This document shows positions 37,471-49,499 of a stretch of 64,000 nucleotides of DNA, in pieces. How positions within the stretch are numbered: position 1 is the stretch's first letter; every line of letters begins with the position of its first letter. Source of the stretch: Scyliorhinus canicula (taxonomy: Eukaryota); the NCBI RefSeq assembly GCF_902713615.1, contig NW_024055490.1, positions 343,262 to 407,261 on the forward strand. The letters run 5' to 3'. Made by a program: the position numbers and the translations under genes. The notes under the pieces are model-generated. The model ran no database searches. It worked only from the letters and a program-made list of their open reading frames with translations, and was not told where the DNA came from.

Positions 37471-39026
37471 CCCAGCCGGGTCCTAGTGCCCCAAGGTCGC
37501 TTATATTGTAACAGATTTTTAAAATGTTTCACCCACTCCCAGGCTGAAGCTGCTGTTTGTAGCCTGGAGGTGTCTGTGGATCACGTATACATTTAGTGTG
37601 AGAGGCTGCAGCCTCTATATAGCTACCTGAAGGGGGTTACACAACGGTTGATTACATTTCGTGGACCTTTCCCGTCCATTATCAGGATGTTTGTGTGATA
37701 TTTCCTGACCCTCAGCGTGATATTTCTTTATTTAAAATACAGTTCAGCAGCAGGCTTACTGGTGATTTTTAAAGGAATAAAGGTTATTTATTTTTTACAA
37801 TCTTCCCCTGGATGTTTGAGCATCTAAGTCTCTCGGCTCTTTCACTCACTGGCATAGACAAAAATTAGATACAGATCAAGTTGAAGCTATGATGATGAAA
37901 ATGGAATGTAGACTGCAATCTTTATATCGCTGCAGGTCTGATGTCTTCTTATTGAGCCGATCCTTTAGTTGGAGTGAAGCGTTTTTAAAAACAAATAATG
38001 ATCATGAGTCTCTGAAGCTTCTTATAAGACCATAAGACATAGGAGCAGAATGAGGCCATTTGGCCCATCGAGTCTGCTCCGCCATTCAATCGTGGTTGAT
38101 ATTTTTTCATCCCCACTCCCCTGCCTTCTCCCCATAACCCGTGATCCCCTTATTAATAAAGAACCCACCTATCTCTGTCTTAAAGACACTCAGTGAATTG
38201 GACGCCACAGCCTTCTGCGGCAAAGTGTTCCACAGATTCACCACCCTCTGGCTGAAGAAATTCCTCCTCATCTGTTTTAAAGGATCATCCCTTTATTCTG
38301 AGATGGTGTCCTCTGGTTCTAGTTTTTGCTGCAAGTGGAAACATCCTCTTCATGTCCACTCTATCCAGGCCTCGTAGTATCTTGTAAGTTTCAATAAGAT
38401 CCCCTCTCATCCTTCTAAACCCCAACGAGTACAGACCCAAAGTCCTCAAACGTTCTTGTAGATGAAGAGCCAGGAGGTTGGGTCTGAGGTGGGCTTGGAA
38501 GCTGGAATAAGTTCAGTCCTGTGGCTGCACTGGGAGACATTCAGCTCTGCTGGTTCAGCTGGTTCCTGGTGCTTCTCACACACACATTTGCTTTGTTCAG
38601 AGCTTATTATACTGCATCCCTGACAATTAACTGCAGGGTTAAAACTCTGGGGCCCAGAACACCCCGATACAATAGCAGTTTACGATGCTCACTCACGCTT
38701 ATCTCTGTCCCAATTCAAGGTCATTCTCCTGTGTTCAATACGGCACTTGGAGACCAACAGTCCCGAGATTTCATATTCCTCAAATGCTGGTTCATCCTGA
38801 CACAACGACACATTTAAACTTCACAGGTGGCTGCAAAGTTTCCTTATTCAGGTCTGTGTTTAACTAAATATTGGTCACAGCATCGAATATTGCCCACAGT
38901 TTAATGTCCACAGTAACCTGTTAAGTTGCAGCCACTTTGGCAGAGTTTGTGGATCTGACAGTATACTATCTAATATTCTTGTGCTGAGCGTGAATCTACT
39001 TTGAGTCTGGTTAAAACAGTGCATTG

Positions 39027-39320
39027 TAGCTGGGTGGTGTAGGATAGCACTGTTGCTTCACAGTTTCAGGGTCCCAGATTCGATGCCCAGCTTGGGTCAC
39101 TGTCTGTGTGGAGTCTGCACGTTCTCCCCGTGGGTTCCCTCCGGGTGCTCCGGTTTGCTCCCACAAGTCCCGAAAGACGTGCTGTGAATTGAACATTCTG
39201 AATGCTCCCTCTGTGACCCAACCATGCGCCGGAGTGTGGTGACGAGGGGCTTTTCACAGTAACTTCATTGCATTGTTAATGTAAGCCTACTTGTGACAAT
39301 AAAGATTATTATTATTATTA
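39027..39320 (+). mobile_element. V-SINE with family-B-type tail
   Basis: Head, V-core, GTGACAATAAAG(ATT)n tail. Confidence 0.85.
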
Positions 39321-39511
39321 TGGAGGGGGTGGGCGGTTACTCTGGCTGCCGACTTCTGTTCTGTGGTCTTGTCTATTCCCAGTGGTCTTGCAGAGGGAGC
39401 ATGTGGTATCCACCGGAATGCGTGACACCTTCCACAACCAGTGGATACCTCAGCGGACAGAGTGTTTCAGAGACACTGGGAACAATATTCTGGTTCAAAA
39501 CTTCTTTTTCA

Positions 39512-39756
39512 GGCATTAGAACGGGAGGTTTGGCAGCTGGGCAACTCGAACCAAATATAACATCAAGATCTGACTCAATTCATTAGGACCTACATGTCAC
39601 AAACTGTCAATGTGTTTGTCTGTTCTGACAGTGGGAAGAGATTTCAAACATCAGTGTGACTGGAAAAGCCCCGAGACCCACACAAACCTGAGTGGGAGTG
39701 TTCCAGTGAACTGACTGTGGAAAGAGCTTTAACCAGTTACACAGCCTAAAAAATCA
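39512..39756 (+). pseudogene. C2H2 ZNF terminal-exon relic convergent with the IgM 3' end
   Basis: TTCTTTTTCAG acceptor; FQTSV*LEK...[16 protein letters not shown]; cut off by a CR1 fragment. Confidence 0.75.
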
Positions 39757-40144
39757 TCTTGTTTCCTCTTGTGGGAGAGTCTGGGACCAGAGGGCATAAT
39801 CTCAGAAGTAAGAGGTCTCAAATTTAGGACAGAGGTGAGGAGACATTTCTTCCATCAGAGGGGAGTGAATCTGTGGAATTCTTCAGCTGTGCAATCATTC
39901 TGTCTCTGGAGTTTACCATAAAAAGACAAAGGTGAAGGTGACTTAACCCGGATGGGCCGCTTGGTGGCGCAGCGGCTCTTTCACTGAGGGGCCTTGAGTT
40001 CAGACACATCCCAGACAGGACTGGTGCGAAATATCTGTCTGGGAAACGGGAGACAACTGTGTAATCCGGGAAATGGAGCGGTGCCGATGGACCTGAGAGA
40101 AAGGAGTTCAGATTAGACTTGTTTTCTTCATTTTTCATTCAATA

Positions 40145-40150
40145 TTTATT
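40145..40150 (-). terminator. candidate poly(A) signal for membrane mu mRNA
   Basis: AATAAA on the minus strand ~440 nt after the TM2 stop. Confidence 0.45.
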
Positions 40151-40590
40151 AAAATTTCAGAGAAAATATAGCACAAAAGTTTATTTTGATGTTTACAAAA
40201 GGGAACATAACGATTGAGGGTCACAGTGAGAACAGAACACACGCCCTCTGAGCTGCCAAATGTATGTACAACTGTAACAGACACAAGAGAGAACAGGAGC
40301 TCAACATAAAGAGAAGGCAACTGTTGTAAATAAGGTACGAGGTAAGTTACTTATTTAGACATGACATTGAGAGAAATTATTAACTACAATTACATTACAG
40401 CCAAAATTATCGCGTACATTTTAAACTGAAAAGCAGAAATACTGTCCATGATTGTCTCAGTTACAGATGCAGAATAATAAACTGAGAGAATTTTACTGTT
40501 AGAGACACCAAGAGGAGATATTGTATTTCTGTCACACACAGATCATAATAAACAGCTGAGGGAAATCTACAGCGTCCGAACGTCAACCCA

Positions 40591-40599
40591 TTACTTGAT
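40591..40599 (-). CDS. IGHM: IgM heavy chain TM2 exon (IK*)
   Basis: Acceptor TTTCTCTCTCTTTTACAG/ATC AAG TAA, 139 nt after the phase-0 TM1 donor; gives a KIK cytoplasmic tail. Confidence 0.85.
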   Translation of the reverse strand: MK

Positions 40600-40738
40600 C
40601 TGTAAAAGAGAGAGAAATGATGAAGCAGATGTTTATGATCTGGGACATTGATGTTAGAGTTTTTAATCAATCAAACATTTAGAGATGTTTTAAACGGCCT
40701 CTGTCAGTTTGAAGTGTGAGTGGATTGAATCTTCTCAC

Positions 40739-40866
40739 CTTCACCAGAGTGACTGCAGCGCTGTAGGAAATGCTCAGGAAGAACAGGGTGATGAATGTGG
40801 AAGCGGTTGTCCAGATGTTCCCGTTATCATCCTCATTTTCTTCAGTCCAGGTGTTGTCTGTGGTAT
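40739..40866 (-). CDS. IGHM: IgM heavy chain TM1 exon
   Basis: (D)TTDNTWTEENEDDNGNIWTTASTFITLFFLSISYSAAVTLVK: acidic spacer plus conserved antigen-receptor TM motif; TAG acceptor, AAG/GTGAG donor. Confidence 0.95.
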
Positions 40867-41609
40867 CTACGAGGATCGAGCCAAATATAATTAGTTTGTT
40901 TATTAATCCAGGATATGTTTTTTAATATTCTCGTTCCATTTTCTCCCGCTGCTAATTTAACATATTTGTCATTGCATATCTACTGTTGAGTTCATGACAC
41001 TCGGAAATCGATCTCTGTAACTTTTTTCTTCCAATTAAGGGGCAATTTAACATGGCCAATCCACCTACCCTGCACATCTTTGGGTTGTCGACATGAGACC
41101 CGCGGGTCACTGGGAAAGTCCACTGGGACAGAGACCCAGGAGCGGGATCAACCCCAGGTCCATGGTGGCGTGAGGCAGCAGTGCTAACCACTATGCCACC
41201 GTGCCGCCCTTGCCTGACGTTTGTGTTTGTTCTTTAGCTTTTGTGTCTGTGTGGATGCGAAATTCGTATTTCTTTACTCTTCATTTGTGTGTCCCGATGT
41301 CTTTATAAGTGTTATTGTGTGTGTTCATGTGTCAATGAGTATTGATCTGTGTATTTGTGTGTCAGCGCCTGTGTGAACTTTGTTTATCTTCTGTTAATGT
41401 GTACATATGAGTGTTTTATTGTGTGTGTTTGTGTGTTGAAGTCTATGTTTATATATTAATGCCTCTGTCAATATAAGTTCATACTTCCCTGTCCAGTAAT
41501 GAAAGTGTTAATGTGTCTTTGTACGTTCAACATGCATGTCAGTGTCTTAATGTTTGTGTCTGGATAAGTGCGTTTGTGTGTGTGTGTGTTTGTTGATGCG
41601 TGTATTTCT

Positions 41610-42280
41610 TCATAGAATCATCATTAAATATAATCCCTACTGTGCCAAACGAGGCCATTCGGCCCATTGTGTCTGCACCGACCCTCCGAAAGAGCACCCT
41701 ACCTGGACGCATGCCTCTGCCCTGTCCCCGGAACCTCGTAATCCCAACTAACGTTGTGGGCACTATAGAACATAGAACATAGAGCAGTACAGCACAGAAC
41801 AGGCCCTTCAGCCCTCGATGTTGTGCCGAGCCATGATCACCCTACTCAAACCCACATATCCACCCTATACCCGCAACCCAACAACCCCCCCTAACCCTAC
41901 ACTACGGGCAATTTAGCATGGCCAATCCACCTAACCCGCACATCTTTGGACTGTGGGAGGAAACCGGAGAACCCGGAGGAAACCCACGCACACAAGGGGA
42001 GGACGTGCAGACTCCACACAGACAGTGACCCAGCCGGGAATCGAACCTGGGACCCTGGAGCTGTGAAGCATTGATGCTAACCACCATGCTACCGTGAGGC
42101 CCGTACTAAGGGGTGATATAGCCTGGCCAATCCACCGAACATGCACATCTTTGGACTGTGGGAGGAAACTAGAGCAGGCGGAGGAAACAGAAACAGACCC
42201 GGCAGAACGTGGGAACTCCAAACCGACAATCACCCAAGGCTGGAATTGAACCCGGGATTATGGCGCTGTGAGGCAGAGGT
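41610..42280 (-). mobile_element. three tandem V-SINE copies or fragments in the SEC-TM intron
   Basis: Tail fragment ~41610-41765, young full copy 41766-42100, older copy ~42105-42280; flanked by degenerate (GT)n. Confidence 0.8.
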
Positions 42281-43369
42281 GCTATTTATGCGTTGATGTT
42301 TGATTATAACTATCTATTGATGTGTGTTGATGACTCTATGTGTATTCATATGTGTTCGTGTTAGCGTGTGTACGAGTCAGCTAATATGTATCTACGTGTG
42401 TCCGTTAGTGTGAATTATTGTCTCTGTTTGAATGGAAATATTTCTGTCATCGTGAAATTCTGCTAATTTACATGTTATTGGTTACATTTCTGTTTCATAT
42501 TCTTCTGTCAGCCTGCTTGTCTGGTTGTATATGTCTGTGTATCTGTGTGGACATGTGGTTGTATATGTCTGTGTACATGCGTGTACCCACTTGTGTGTGT
42601 GGAATTATGTTTGTATGTGTGGATGTGCACGTGAGTCTGTGTGTTTCTAAACATGTGCTTTTTGTGTTTATGTGCATGCTTGTGAATTTTTGTGCACATT
42701 TGCGTGTGTTTTTGTGTCAAAATATGTGTGGTCCGTTGTGCCTGGGTGTATGTTTGTGCATGTGTTTCTATGTGTGTGTCCATGTGTGTGTTTGTGTCTA
42801 CTTGTGAGCGTGTGTGTGTTTCTGGGTCTGTGTGCATGTGTGTGTAGTGTCTGTGTCTGTTTATCTGTCTGTGTATTTGTATCAGCTGCCTGTAGCTTTG
42901 CCAGTTGTGGGTATTATTGATACCGATGTAGAATATGTTGAACTTTCTGCATATAAATGTGTTTTCCGTGAGTTGCAAGCTGACATCAGGTGACCTAATG
43001 CAAAAATACAAGGAGGTGCCTCAGGAGAGAACAATGAAAACCCAGGGAGAATTCAATCACCAGTCTGGATTTGGATTATGGGGAATCGGTCTCAGCATAC
43101 GGATAAGAGGAACAAGGGTGCTAAAAAAAATTATGTTGCATAAATAGATATTTTAAGAACATCTTTATAATGTTTCAGCCTGTAAACTACATGGCGCCTT
43201 GTAATGTCAGTAACTGAGTTCTTAGTCCAGACAACCGTTTACTTCCAAACTCCCTGCTTGGGACTGGGAAGATATTGAGTTAATAATCTTCCTCTCTCTG
43301 GTCAGGTCAGCAAATTGCCTTTGGGTTCTCCCTGTTGGAGGTGGAGATACAGAGAGTTCACTCATCACC

Positions 43370-44280
43370 TTCCTTCTCTTTTGGTTGGGAAAGTGGAGGT
43401 AAAATGTGTTAGTATTGCCCCTTTGCTCTCTTTGTTGGGGAAGTGGGGAGGCAGTGGATTAAATAATGTCCTTCCACTCATTGTTGGAAGTGGGTGTCCA
43501 GTGGATTAACTAATGTACACCCCCCTCATTGTTGGAAGCGGATGTATTGTGGATTAACTAATGTACACCCCCCTCATTGTTGGAAGCGGATGTACAGTGG
43601 ATTAACTAATGTACACCCCCTCATTGTTGGAAGCGGATGTACAGTGGATTAACTAATGTACACCCCCCCCCCTCATTGTTGGAAGCGGATGTACAGTGGA
43701 TTAACTCAGCCCACCACCGTCTCTTTGTTGGGGAAGTGGGGGCACAATGTGTTAACTAATGCTCCTCCCCTCGCTTTGCTGGGAAAGTGGGGGCACAGTG
43801 TGTTAACTAATGCTCCTCCCCTCGCTTTGCTGGGGAAGTGGGGGTACAGTGTGTTAAGTAATGCCCCAACCCCTCTCTTTGTTGGGGACGTGGGGAGACA
43901 ATGGATTAACTAATGCCCCTCTCTTTGTTGGTGAAGTGGGGGTACAGTGTATTAACTAAGGCCCCTCCCACTCTCTCTGTTGGTGAGTTGGGGTACAGTG
44001 GATTAACTAATGCCCCCCTCTCCTCTCTTTGTTGGCGAATTGGGGGTACAGTGAATTAACTAAAGACCCTCTCTCTATTGGGGAAGTGGGGGTACAGTGG
44101 ATTAACTAATACCCCTCCCCCTCCCTCTATTGGGGAAGTGGGGGTACAGTGGATTAACTAATGCCCTTCCCCCTCTCTCTGTGTGGGAGGTGGGTGGGTG
44201 GGTGGGGAGACAGTGGAATAACTAATACCCCGCCCGCTCTCTTTGTTGGGGAGGTGGGGGTACAGTGGATTAACAATTTC
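43370..44280. repeat. ~48-60-bp minisatellite
   Basis: GTGGATTAACTAAT-anchored units; 47-52-bp near-perfect copies at 43501, 43549, 43597, 43644 and 43696, diverging outward. Confidence 0.9.
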
Positions 44281-44617
44281 ACTTTCCCCTCTCTTTGACT
44301 GGAGATTGTTGGTCCATGTTTCTGTGTGACCCTCAAATCAGTTCCCAGTGGGTCTCATGCAGCAACTTAAAGCTGACATTAATTTTAAAGGGATGGACAA
44401 TGAGAGAAGCAGGAACACCGAGATCTAAATGTGATGGGTTTGTTTGTCTGAAATGGGAAATTGTCCGATTTCTCCTCATCTGGAGGAAAGTCAATGAAGA
44501 TATTTTGCTGAATCCTGGAATGAATGAGTTTTACTCTGTCTCTAACCCAGGGTGTTTCTGAGCTGAGAGCTCTGGTTGTATCAGACTTGGGGCTGAGACC
44601 TGTAGAAATCCGGGTCT

Positions 44618-44797
44618 CATTGACCAGAGACTGGTTTAAAATCGCTGGATTTTAAAGCAGACCAAGACAGGCCAGCAGCACGGTTCAATTCCCGTACCAG
44701 CCTCCCCGAACAGGTGCCGGAATGTGGCGCTGAGGGGCTTTTCACAATAACTTGACTGAAGCCGACTTGTGACAATAAGTGATTTTCATTTCATTTT
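44618..44797 (+). mobile_element. short tRNA-headed SINE (family B)
   Basis: Matches 19100-19275. Confidence 0.85.
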
Positions 44798-44873
44798 CAG
44801 ATCTAACATCAGTAAAGTGGAAACACCATTAATCAAGTGGCTGTATGTTTAAATCACAATTAGAGGAAACGTT

Positions 44874-44888
44874 TTTATTATTTTTATT
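44874..44888 (-). terminator. tandem poly(A) signals for secreted mu mRNA
   Basis: Two AATAAA on the minus strand (44883-44888, 44874-44879) ~30-40 nt after the stop. Confidence 0.75.
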
Positions 44889-44915
44889 TTAGTTCGAAAT
44901 ATAACAAATAGATTC

Positions 44916-45307
44916 TCATTGACATGAATTAACGGTGTCCATCAGAGCGAGGGAAATGTTCACAAAACTGGGTTTACCGCTGGATTTATCAACCGTTCTG
45001 TTGATGATCTTCAAGGGGATGGCTTCATGTCCCACCACACAGGAGTAAGAAGCGCCGCTGGCCCACTCCTCCGCTGCAATGGATAACAGGCTGTACATGA
45101 AGAAGGAGCTATTGCCGTTCTCCGCCATCACCTCGGTGTTCTTGTAGTTCCCGGGATTCACCGGCTTGTCATTGACGGTCCACTTGACGAAGATCTCTCG
45201 GGGGGAGAAACCTCTCACTAAGCAGCTGAGGGAGACGAATCTCTGAGCGGAGACGTCTTCAGCCGAGGGCAGGAGGACAGAGACGGACGGTTCCCGCGGG
45301 TTGGGAT
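44916..45307 (-). CDS. IGHM: IgM heavy chain CH4 plus secretory tailpiece
   Basis: (D)[42 protein letters not shown]...[43 protein letters not shown]; internal G/GTAAA donor after 44978 for the TM splice; NIS sequon and penultimate Cys. Confidence 0.97.
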
Positions 45308-45609
45308 CTGCAGAAAATGTACAATAAATGTCAATAAAATGGGGAATTCCGGAGACAATGGAACCGCGGGTTAGATGTGGGAGAAATGTGTTTTGTGTTG
45401 GATTTTAAAGGTTTCCATTTTCCACTTTGGGATCTGTCCGGTTTCCCAGCTCGGAGCAGAGGTGGGCACAATCCTTTTCCCTGAGGATTTACGGATTATG
45501 GATTCGAAAGTTTCAGAAAGTGTACAGCAGGGAAACAGGCCATTCGGCCCAACTGTTCTGTGCTGGTGTATAAACTCCACACCAGGCTCCTCCCACCTTA
45601 CCCCAAGAA

Positions 45610-46620
45610 GATTGGACAACTGCCAATGTAACACCCTTATTCAAAAGGGGAGGGAGTCAAAAACAGGTAACTATAGGCCAGTGACCTTAACATCTGTCAG
45701 TGGAAAACGGTTCGAGCCCATTATAATGGATCCAATAGCTGAGCATTTAGAAATACTCAATATAATCAGAGTCAGCACGGCTTCGGGAAGGGTAAATCAT
45801 GCCTGACAAATTTAGTGCCCTTACTTGAGGTGATGACGAGAAGGCGAGAGAGGGAGGGGGAGGGGGTGGGGCAATAGATGTAAAATACATGAATTTCAAA
45901 ACGGTGTTTGATAAATGAATGTACTATTCCCATGTTTGCAGATGACAAAAAATAGGTAGAAAGGCAAGTGGTGAGGATTACAGGAAATCCACAGAGGGAC
46001 AGAGAATGTGAGGTTAGACACTTTGGTAGGAGGAAGAACATAAAGAATTATTATTTAGATGGAGAAAGACTGAAGAAAGCTGAAGTAACGGGGGAATTGG
46101 GGCCCCTCGTGCAGAAACCACAAAAAGTAAGTTCTGCAGGTAATATGGAGACAAATTGAATGCTGATCTTTATTTTAAAAGGAGTAGAATATAACAATGG
46201 GGAAGCCTAGCTAAAACTGGGGAATTAGTTAGACAACACCTGATATACTTTGAATAGCTTTGGTGCCCTTATCGAAGGAAGACAGATTGGTTTTGAAGGC
46301 AGTCCAGAGATGGATCACGAGGTTGATCCCGAGTATGGAGGGATTTTCTTACAGGGAGAGGTTAAGTAGGCTGGGCTGTACTTATTGGAGTTTAGAAGAA
46401 TGAAGGCGACCTCAGATTCTGGGTCGGTCAGTACGTTCAATGTTGAGGGACACATATTTTAAATCAGTAAAACCGTCAAGAGATATGGGGATAAGGTGGG
46501 AAAGAGGAGTTGAAGGTTATCACATCAGATCAGGCTTGAACTCACTGAAGGCTGGACCGGTGTTGATGGGCCCAATGGGTTACATCTGCTCCTAAGTCTT
46601 GTGGTCTATGGTCTCGCTTG
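45610..46620 (+). mobile_element. degenerate CR1 in the CH3-CH4 intron
   Basis: GNYRPVTLTSVSGK, FADD and 3'-end remnants. Confidence 0.75.
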
Positions 46621-46828
46621 ATCTACACCCAATATCACTGGGTTTAATTCATTGTTCATTCATCTACATATCAATTTCCCCCTGAAACTCTAAACGCCCA
46701 GAGTATTTAGTTAGTGGAATTACCAATCAGAATGGACCATAAATACACTGAATGCTAAATACTGACCGCTGCACTGACACTAGAAATAGACACAATGGCT
46801 CAATTATTGCTTCAGTCTCACCGCTCAC

Positions 46829-47137
46829 CTATTTTTTTGTGAATTGAAATTCTTAAAGGAGTTGGCAGGTCCTGATGGCTCGCCACACAGTCAAACACAG
46901 CCCCACTCAGCCAGGCTTGTGTCGAGATGTTTAATTTGCTGAGCACGCTCTCAGAATCTGCCCCAGGCTCGTCGGCGATCTCTGATTTCAGCAGCTTCTT
47001 CGCTTCACTCCAGGACACGTTGACTCCATAAGGTGCATTCGAAATGACACAGGTTAAGGTTACAGTCGCCTCCAGTAAGACCTGTTCTATTGGTGGTGGC
47101 ACTATTGTTACTGAGGCATCAGTGCAAATGGAAGGAT
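46829..47137 (-). CDS. IGHM: IgM heavy chain CH3 exon
   Basis: (D)[42 protein letters not shown]...[28 protein letters not shown]; CAG acceptor, G/GTGAG donor, 309 nt. Confidence 0.96.
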
Positions 47138-47775
47138 CTGTGAATGAAAAAAGTGGAAATCAACCCAAGTTTCATCTTCAGAATCAGGACAGCAGGATTC
47201 AGCGTTCACTCACTCAATGGGAATAAATCAACTTCGAAATTACAACCTCTAATGATCGCCTTTAAATCTTCTATACACAATGGAAAACCAGTTTGGTTTG
47301 TGAAAACTATTCTCATTGTGAAATACAGTCAGCCTCGAAACCATTCTAATGAATCAGTATTACAGCATTCCCAATACAAATATTCCAGTCCTGATCTCAG
47401 AACCCTAATATGGAAGGCTGCTTGATAAATATCTTGAATGAACTTTCCAAAATCTTCGTCCCGAGCTGGTTTCAGTAAAGGGTTCCAGACAGCCATTGCC
47501 TCAGCAATTTAATCAGCTGTCTCAGGATAAAGCTGATATCAAATCCATCTCACTCCCTAAATTACTTCAGGTTAGAGGGAAACATTTATTTCTATACTGA
47601 TCAAATCCTGAATGGTGATCAATCCAAATGCAGCTCTTCATCAGAATGAAACACAAACCACATGGCAATAAATTAGAAGTTATTCTGCGCTTTGCACTAA
47701 CTTCAGTAAATTCCTGATTTGGATTAACATCAGAGTGCAGGATGATTTACTGTTTCCTCTGTCTGTGTCTCTTAC

Positions 47776-48084
47776 CAGATGCGGTGATGTTGAGACTTTG
47801 GATGACCTCTTGATGAGTGACCTGGCAGGTATAGACCGCTTTGCTGAACCATTCCCCAGCAGAGACTGTCAGTCGACTGCTCGCCGAGAAGTTCCCGTTC
47901 ACTTCACAGGCGGGAGAGGTGACAATTCCTGAACCCATGGCTTGTCCATTCTTCAGCCACTTCACCGTCATTGACTTTGGACGGAAATCGTTGATTGAAC
48001 AGACCATGGTTGCAAATTTCTGTCTTGTGATTTCTTCATTGGAACTCACGGTGAGGAGAACATTTGGATGGATGTCAGGTGGAC
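47776..48084 (-). CDS. IGHM: IgM heavy chain CH2 exon
   Basis: (C)[46 protein letters not shown]...[14 protein letters not shown]; AAG acceptor, G/GTAAG donor, 309 nt. Confidence 0.96.
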
Positions 48085-48281
48085 CTTCAAGAAACACAAG
48101 TTAGACATTTCTTGAAGAAGATGTTGTAAGGAATAAAATGACTAATTATATTTTCAGTTTCTCGGTGGTCACTATTTCTCTCAGGAATCAGAACTGTGCA
48201 GAGAACCATCAATGTGTTATGACCAAAGATTTAAATAAAGTAATCAAAGCGTCTGTTTCTCACAGTTTCCACAGCACTTAC

Positions 48282-48581
48282 ATTTCATTCCAATGCTCTT
48301 GTCTGAGCCGCTGTGTCGAACCTCACAGCTGATTTTGCTGCATCCCCCCTCTGACTCGGTGATGGTTAACTGGCTGCTCAGAGTGTAGGTTCCCTTCTTG
48401 TTTCTCACTGACGGGTATTTCTTAACTCCAGTGGTGATCTGCTGCCCATCTTTCTTCCAGGTAAGACTGGTGATTTCTGGGGAGTAGTCCATCGCCAAAC
48501 AGCCGAAGGTCACAGAGCCGTCGGTGTTGTGTTGCTGACAGGAGGAGACCAGGCTGTAGAGAGTGGGCGGAGACGGTGTCG
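48282..48581 (-). CDS. IGHM: IgM heavy chain CH1 exon
   Basis: (A)[45 protein letters not shown]...[36 protein letters not shown]; CAG acceptor, T/GTAAG donor, 300 nt. Confidence 0.96.
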
Positions 48582-49499
48582 CTGGGAGAGAATGGCCAAT
48601 TGAACAAGTTAGACTCTGGGATTTGTCATTAAGATATCATACAACTTAGAATTTGGATACAGTTACAAATTTATCCTCACATGTTCGCATTAAAACTGCA
48701 TCAATACTTGGGTTTCTGTTACTTCTAACATTTGAGAATCACCATTTGTTTATTCCTTCTGTAGAAACTCACACCTCTTTCTCCATTTCTAACACCTTGC
48801 AGAAATGTAGCATTTTGATGTCATCTGAAAACGTACCATTCATTACTTTCAATGAGCAGAGCGGAGGGTTTTCCCAATTATTTATGCCACCAATGTTTTT
48901 TTACAACAACTGCACTTTGTGATAAAGAAGTTGTCTCTCCATTTCTGTCATTGCTATTTTGGAAATTCCCTTTGTTCAAACTGACTGATGTCCCTCCTCT
49001 CTCCACCTCACTACCCCCACTCCCCAAAACAAGGAGTCGTTACTTTGCTTCAGAAAAATCTTCCAGGTACTTACATAATGACGATAACATTCTACATTTG
49101 AGCACATGTGCAAGTAACTCCAAAATTCCCCAATTAGAGGACCCTGGATATTAAAAGCGGGATGCGGCCATTCGGTCCCTCAGGTCTCCTGCACCATTCA
49201 ATATGATTATGGTGGAGCAGATTGTGGGATGAACTCCGCATTCCATGTATCCGCGATAATCAGCTTCCTGTCCTTTTCCCAGCTCTCTGATCTTTCCTCC
49301 ACTTCTATAATTTGCCCAGCTGCACCTTTCCAGGTTGTTTGCTCTTTGCCTCAGCTTCTGGAACTTTCCACTTGCTCTTTGTGCTTTTCCCCAGAACATG
49401 GCACTTTGCCCCCTGATTATTGGCTTTTACCCCAGCAATGATTACTTTTCCACTTGTTCCTGCAGCTTCTCTCCCCGGTCTGCGCTCAGCTCTCTGGTC

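Noticed and set aside
43370-44280. CRISPR-like repeat/spacer appearance
   Set aside because: The 'spacers' are homologous to each other, the context is eukaryotic and there are no cas genes
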